DNA of 64,000 nucleotides from Acidobacteriota bacterium (GTDB lineage: Bacteria; Acidobacteriota; UBA4820; DSQY01): positions 59,774 through 123,773 of the forward strand of contig JBMFSH010000005.1 in assembly GCA_049967655.1 (NCBI GenBank). The letters are read 5' to 3'. The stretch's first letter is position 1, and each line of letters opens with the position of its first letter. The notes under the pieces were generated by a model. That model made no database searches. It was not told the DNA's origin and saw nothing but the letters and a program-made list of their open reading frames with translations. Made by a program: the position numbers and the translations under genes. This document shows positions 61,192 through 64,000 of the stretch, one piece after another.

Positions 61192-61377
61192 AAGGCCTCC
61201 TTCTTATTACGTTGCCTGGAAGCCATTGTAGCAGGAACTCAGCGGCAAGCCCACAGGCGAGGAAACGCATCCTTCCGTCAGACCGCCGCCGAACCCCGTT
61301 CGCACCCACAAGTCGTCGGGCTCCTCAAGTTCCTCGAACACAACGAGGCCAAAGGCTACCTCCACGGCGGCCCACTT

Positions 61378-61410
61378 TACGACTTCGGCTGGCTCTTGCA
61401 GGAGCTCGGC
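61378..61410 (+). repeat. Direct repeat copy 2 (gene 3'-end remnant)
   Basis: 31/33 identity to 60612-60644. Confidence 0.75.
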
Positions 61411-61566
61411 CATCTTGCCGGGCCGCCCAAGGAGCCGAACGGAAACGGGGCGAGAAGGCCTCGCCCCTCACCTTCCCCTCGGGCTCGGGCCATACGGGAG
61501 GGAGTTGGTCCATCGGGGCTAGAAGGTTCTTGGAAACGGGCGCTGCCTCTGAGACGAGCCACCCGC

Positions 61567-61590
61567 TATCGCATATCGCGATATGCGATA
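61567..61590. promoter_or_regulatory. Perfect 24-bp palindrome, operator-like
   Basis: TATCGCATATCGCGATATGCGATA is its own reverse complement; function inferred. Confidence 0.5.
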
Positions 61591-61689
61591 ATCACGGTCC
61601 CTGCTGGCTTGCCCGTCATGCCCAGGTCTGCGTCACCGTCATTCCCGCTCCGCGCCTGCCCCCCCGGCTCGCCCCCACCACCGCCATCG

Positions 61690-61772
61690 TCCTTCCCGCG
61701 AAAGCAGGAACCCAGGCCGTGATGAGACATTCAGAATTCACCACGGAGACCACGGGGAGCACGGAGAAAGGA
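61690..61772 (+). repeat. REP-like unit plus 9-mer triplet; empty paralogue of the IS110 target
   Basis: TCCTTCCCGCGAAAGCAGGAACCCAGGCC...ATTCACCACGGAGA|CCACGGGGAGCACGGAGAAAGGA aligns across both IS flanks. Confidence 0.85.
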
Positions 61773-62208
61773 TGGAGGCACCGGCCTTCTAAGACGGTGG
61801 TCGGGAGTCTGGATCCCTCTCCGCGTGCCGGCGTCGCGCCGCCGGTCATGGACAGCCTGCGGCCCTCCCTTCCTTCCAGTGAACAATTCGTGCACTTCCA
61901 AACCCCATCTTCTTCTTGCTCTCGGTCCGTTGCTCCCGCGGCTCATGGCGGGCTAACATGAGCCCATACCGCCCATTCGGGGAGGGGGAAGCCTTGATGC
62001 TCTGCGTCCAGACAGGCACACGCCATGGCTCACAACGGGAGGCGGCGGGCTCCCTGCCTCAACGGAAGCACTGCCAGGGCCAAGACCACGGCTTCCACGT
62101 CTGCGCCGCAAGGCCGTTGTCCGGCAGGCCTTCCAGACCGCACCATGCTGATACGAGCACCAGCCGGCCGTTGCCACGCTCGATCCGCCCCGCCCCAGAG
62201 GAGAGCGC

Positions 62209-62298
62209 ATGATGGCCACCAAGATCCACGGCAAGGACATCCTCCTTCACTCCGCCGCCCGCCCGGGCCAAGGCCGAAAACCGAAAGGCGGTGCCTGA
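62209..62298 (+). CDS. 29-aa small ORF coupled to SEC-C gene (possibly a remnant)
   Basis: SD GAGGAG, MMATKIHGKDILLHSAARPGQGRKPKGGA, TGATG overlap. Confidence 0.35.
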   Translation: MMATKIHGKDILLHSAARPGQGRKPKGGA

Positions 62299-63360
62299 TG
62301 CCCGCCCCTGGCCGCAACGACCCGTGCCCCTGCGGCAGCGGTCTCAAGTACAAGAAGTGCTGCATGGGGAAGGATCAGACCCGCCCTTCCGCGGCGCCCC
62401 GCGATGACGCGGCGCGGGGTTGGGCTTTCACGCTCCGCGAGCGCGAGAGCGCCATCGACAAGCTCATGCGCTTCGCCCATCGCGACGAGTTTCGCGAGGA
62501 CTGGCAGTCCGCCTTCGCCATCTTCGCCGGCTCCGGCCTCGTCACTGCCCCCGAAGAGCAGGTCCTCGAAGCCATGGAGTCCGACATGGCCCAGATCAAT
62601 TTCACCTCCTGGGTCCTCTACGACCTGAACCTGGAGGAGGGTCTCTCCATCGCGGACCTCTTCCTCCAGCGGCGAAAGCACGACCTCTCACCGGGCGAGA
62701 GGGCTTACATCGAGAAGGCCCTCGCGGCCCACTTCCGGCTCTACGAGATCCTGGAGGTCCTGCCCGACGAGGGCTTCACCCTGAAGGACCTCACGAGCGG
62801 CGAAAGCATCAGCGCCCACGAGAAGATGGGCACCCGCTTTCTCGCGCAGTGGGGGCTCGCGGCCATGCGCCTCATGGACTACGGCGGCTACGTCTGCATC
62901 GACGCGGGCATCATCCCCTTCCCAAGGGAAGACAGGACGGCCCTCCTCAAAGAACTGGAGGCCCAGCGGAAGCGCATCGCCGCCCCCTCTGAAGCCGTCT
63001 TCTTCAAGCGCGTCGTGCCCCTCCTCAACCACTGGTGGCTGCAGCGCACCCTGAATCGCCCCCTGCCAAAGATCGTCACCGCCGAGGGCGACCCCCTTCT
63101 CTTCACCAAGGTCCACTTCGACGTAGCGGATACCGAAGCCCTGCGCCGAACCCTGGACGCCGCCGACGATCTCGACCACGAGGAGGGCGACACCTGGGGA
63201 TGGAGCCAGCCCCATCCGGAGGACGGCCGGTGCGATCTCGGCCGCCTCGTCCTCAAAGCTCATCGCTTGACCCTCGAAGTGACCTCCAAGGAGCGCGGCG
63301 AGCGCGGCCGCGAGTACCTGGAGCGGCTCGCCGGCAACGTGCTGACCCATCGCGCCACCC
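62298..63360 (+). pseudogene. SEC-C metal-binding motif protein, 3'-truncated by antisense RT sequence
   Basis: GRNDPCPCGSGLKYKKCC; frame runs into reverse-complemented RT at ~63360 and stops at 63425. Confidence 0.8.
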
Positions 63361-63957
63361 TATCAAGTACTGGGCCAGTTCTTGGATCATCCGTTCCAGG
63401 CTCACACCCCTGGTCCGTCGCGTGAGTCCCGTGACTCTCGCCTTCAGGCGCTTCAGGGCCTTCGGCGCGATCCGCCGCCTCGGCTCTTTGCCGCCCGTAA
63501 AGCTGAATCCCAGAAACTTCCGCTCCGATGGCCTCCCCACCGCGCTCTTCTCCCGGTTGAGCTTCAGCCGCAACTTCTTCCCGATGAAGCTCCCGATGCT
63601 TTCAAGGACCCTCTGTCCCGCCCGCTCGCTCTTGACGTACCCATTGCAGTCGTCCGCGTAGCGCACGAAGCGGTGGCCCCGCTTCTCAAGCTCTTTGTCC
63701 AGTTGGATGAATCGGTCCAACACCGTCGGGATGCCGAGCCCTCGCTCGCCCCCGTCGGGCTTCGGAATCTGGACGCGTTTCACCGGCTTCGGCTTGTAGC
63801 GCCCTGCCATCAGTTCTTCCCGTATCCGCGGCCAGTGCTCTTTCAGGTAGCCCGGAAGTGCCGTCACGCTCATCCCGTCCACTCCCGCGCTCCCTCTGTT
63901 GCCCCTGACCCGCTTCAGCGCCTTCCTCAGATTCTCCGCCGCCAGCACCTCCTCCAT
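63352..63957 (-). pseudogene. Group II intron reverse transcriptase/maturase, internally deleted and 3'-truncated
   Basis: RT0 NRGSAGVDG, IPKPDGGERGLGIPTVLDRFIQ fused directly to LDKELE..RYADD, FLGF; ends at YLIGW; intron 5' part presumably continues past window edge. Confidence 0.88.
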
Positions 63958-64000
63958 TAGCCGCGCTGTTTCCGCCGGGCTTTCGGTCCCGCGCCCCGTG

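Noticed and set aside
56310..61772. CRISPR array
   Set aside because: Repeats are short tandem or two-copy, with no regular spacers and no cas genes
63352..63957. Retron, DGR or defence RT
   Set aside because: RT0 region, YADD context and start of domain X match group II intron maturases; no msr-msd or TR/VR pair seen

Overview
High-GC bacterial chromosomal window. An Acidobacteriota-like host is inferred from the Oar-type TonB-dependent receptor and gene content, not proven. The first ~46 kb is mostly housekeeping. It holds an Rrf2-hemerythrin-qNOR nitric-oxide operon (qNOR runs off the left edge and is missing from the ORF track), a MoxR/DUF58/VWA (Bat-like) cluster, scpA, mlaEFD, sugar-nucleotide genes, trmB, a Ser/Thr kinase, lipid genes, dgt, tRNA-Ala, recJ, ppdK, mtnP-pfkB-ribH-nusB, aconitase and rocD. 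From ~46 kb the window is accessory: two copies of a small TIR element around a TonB receptor, Fic and IS21 debris next to tRNA-Ser, an Nramp/MgtE-CBS operon, an ABC exporter, an IS110 element, hicBA, and a SEC-C gene broken by a degraded group II intron RT. The most striking signal is a complete IS1111-type IS110 element (59043-60524). Its 3' non-coding end contains exact copies of both insertion junctions, consistent with bridge/seek-RNA guides, and an empty paralogous target site lies 1.2 kb downstream. A transposase-free homologue of this RNA region, with changes concentrated at the target-guide positions, sits inside one TIR element (46173-46358) and is mostly absent from the other. Other notable items are a catalytically dead ArnD paralogue, a histidine kinase with a degenerate ATPase domain, and an AT-rich patch with a Xer/dif-like palindrome inside pfkB. 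All calls come from reading the sequence by eye; no database searches were run.
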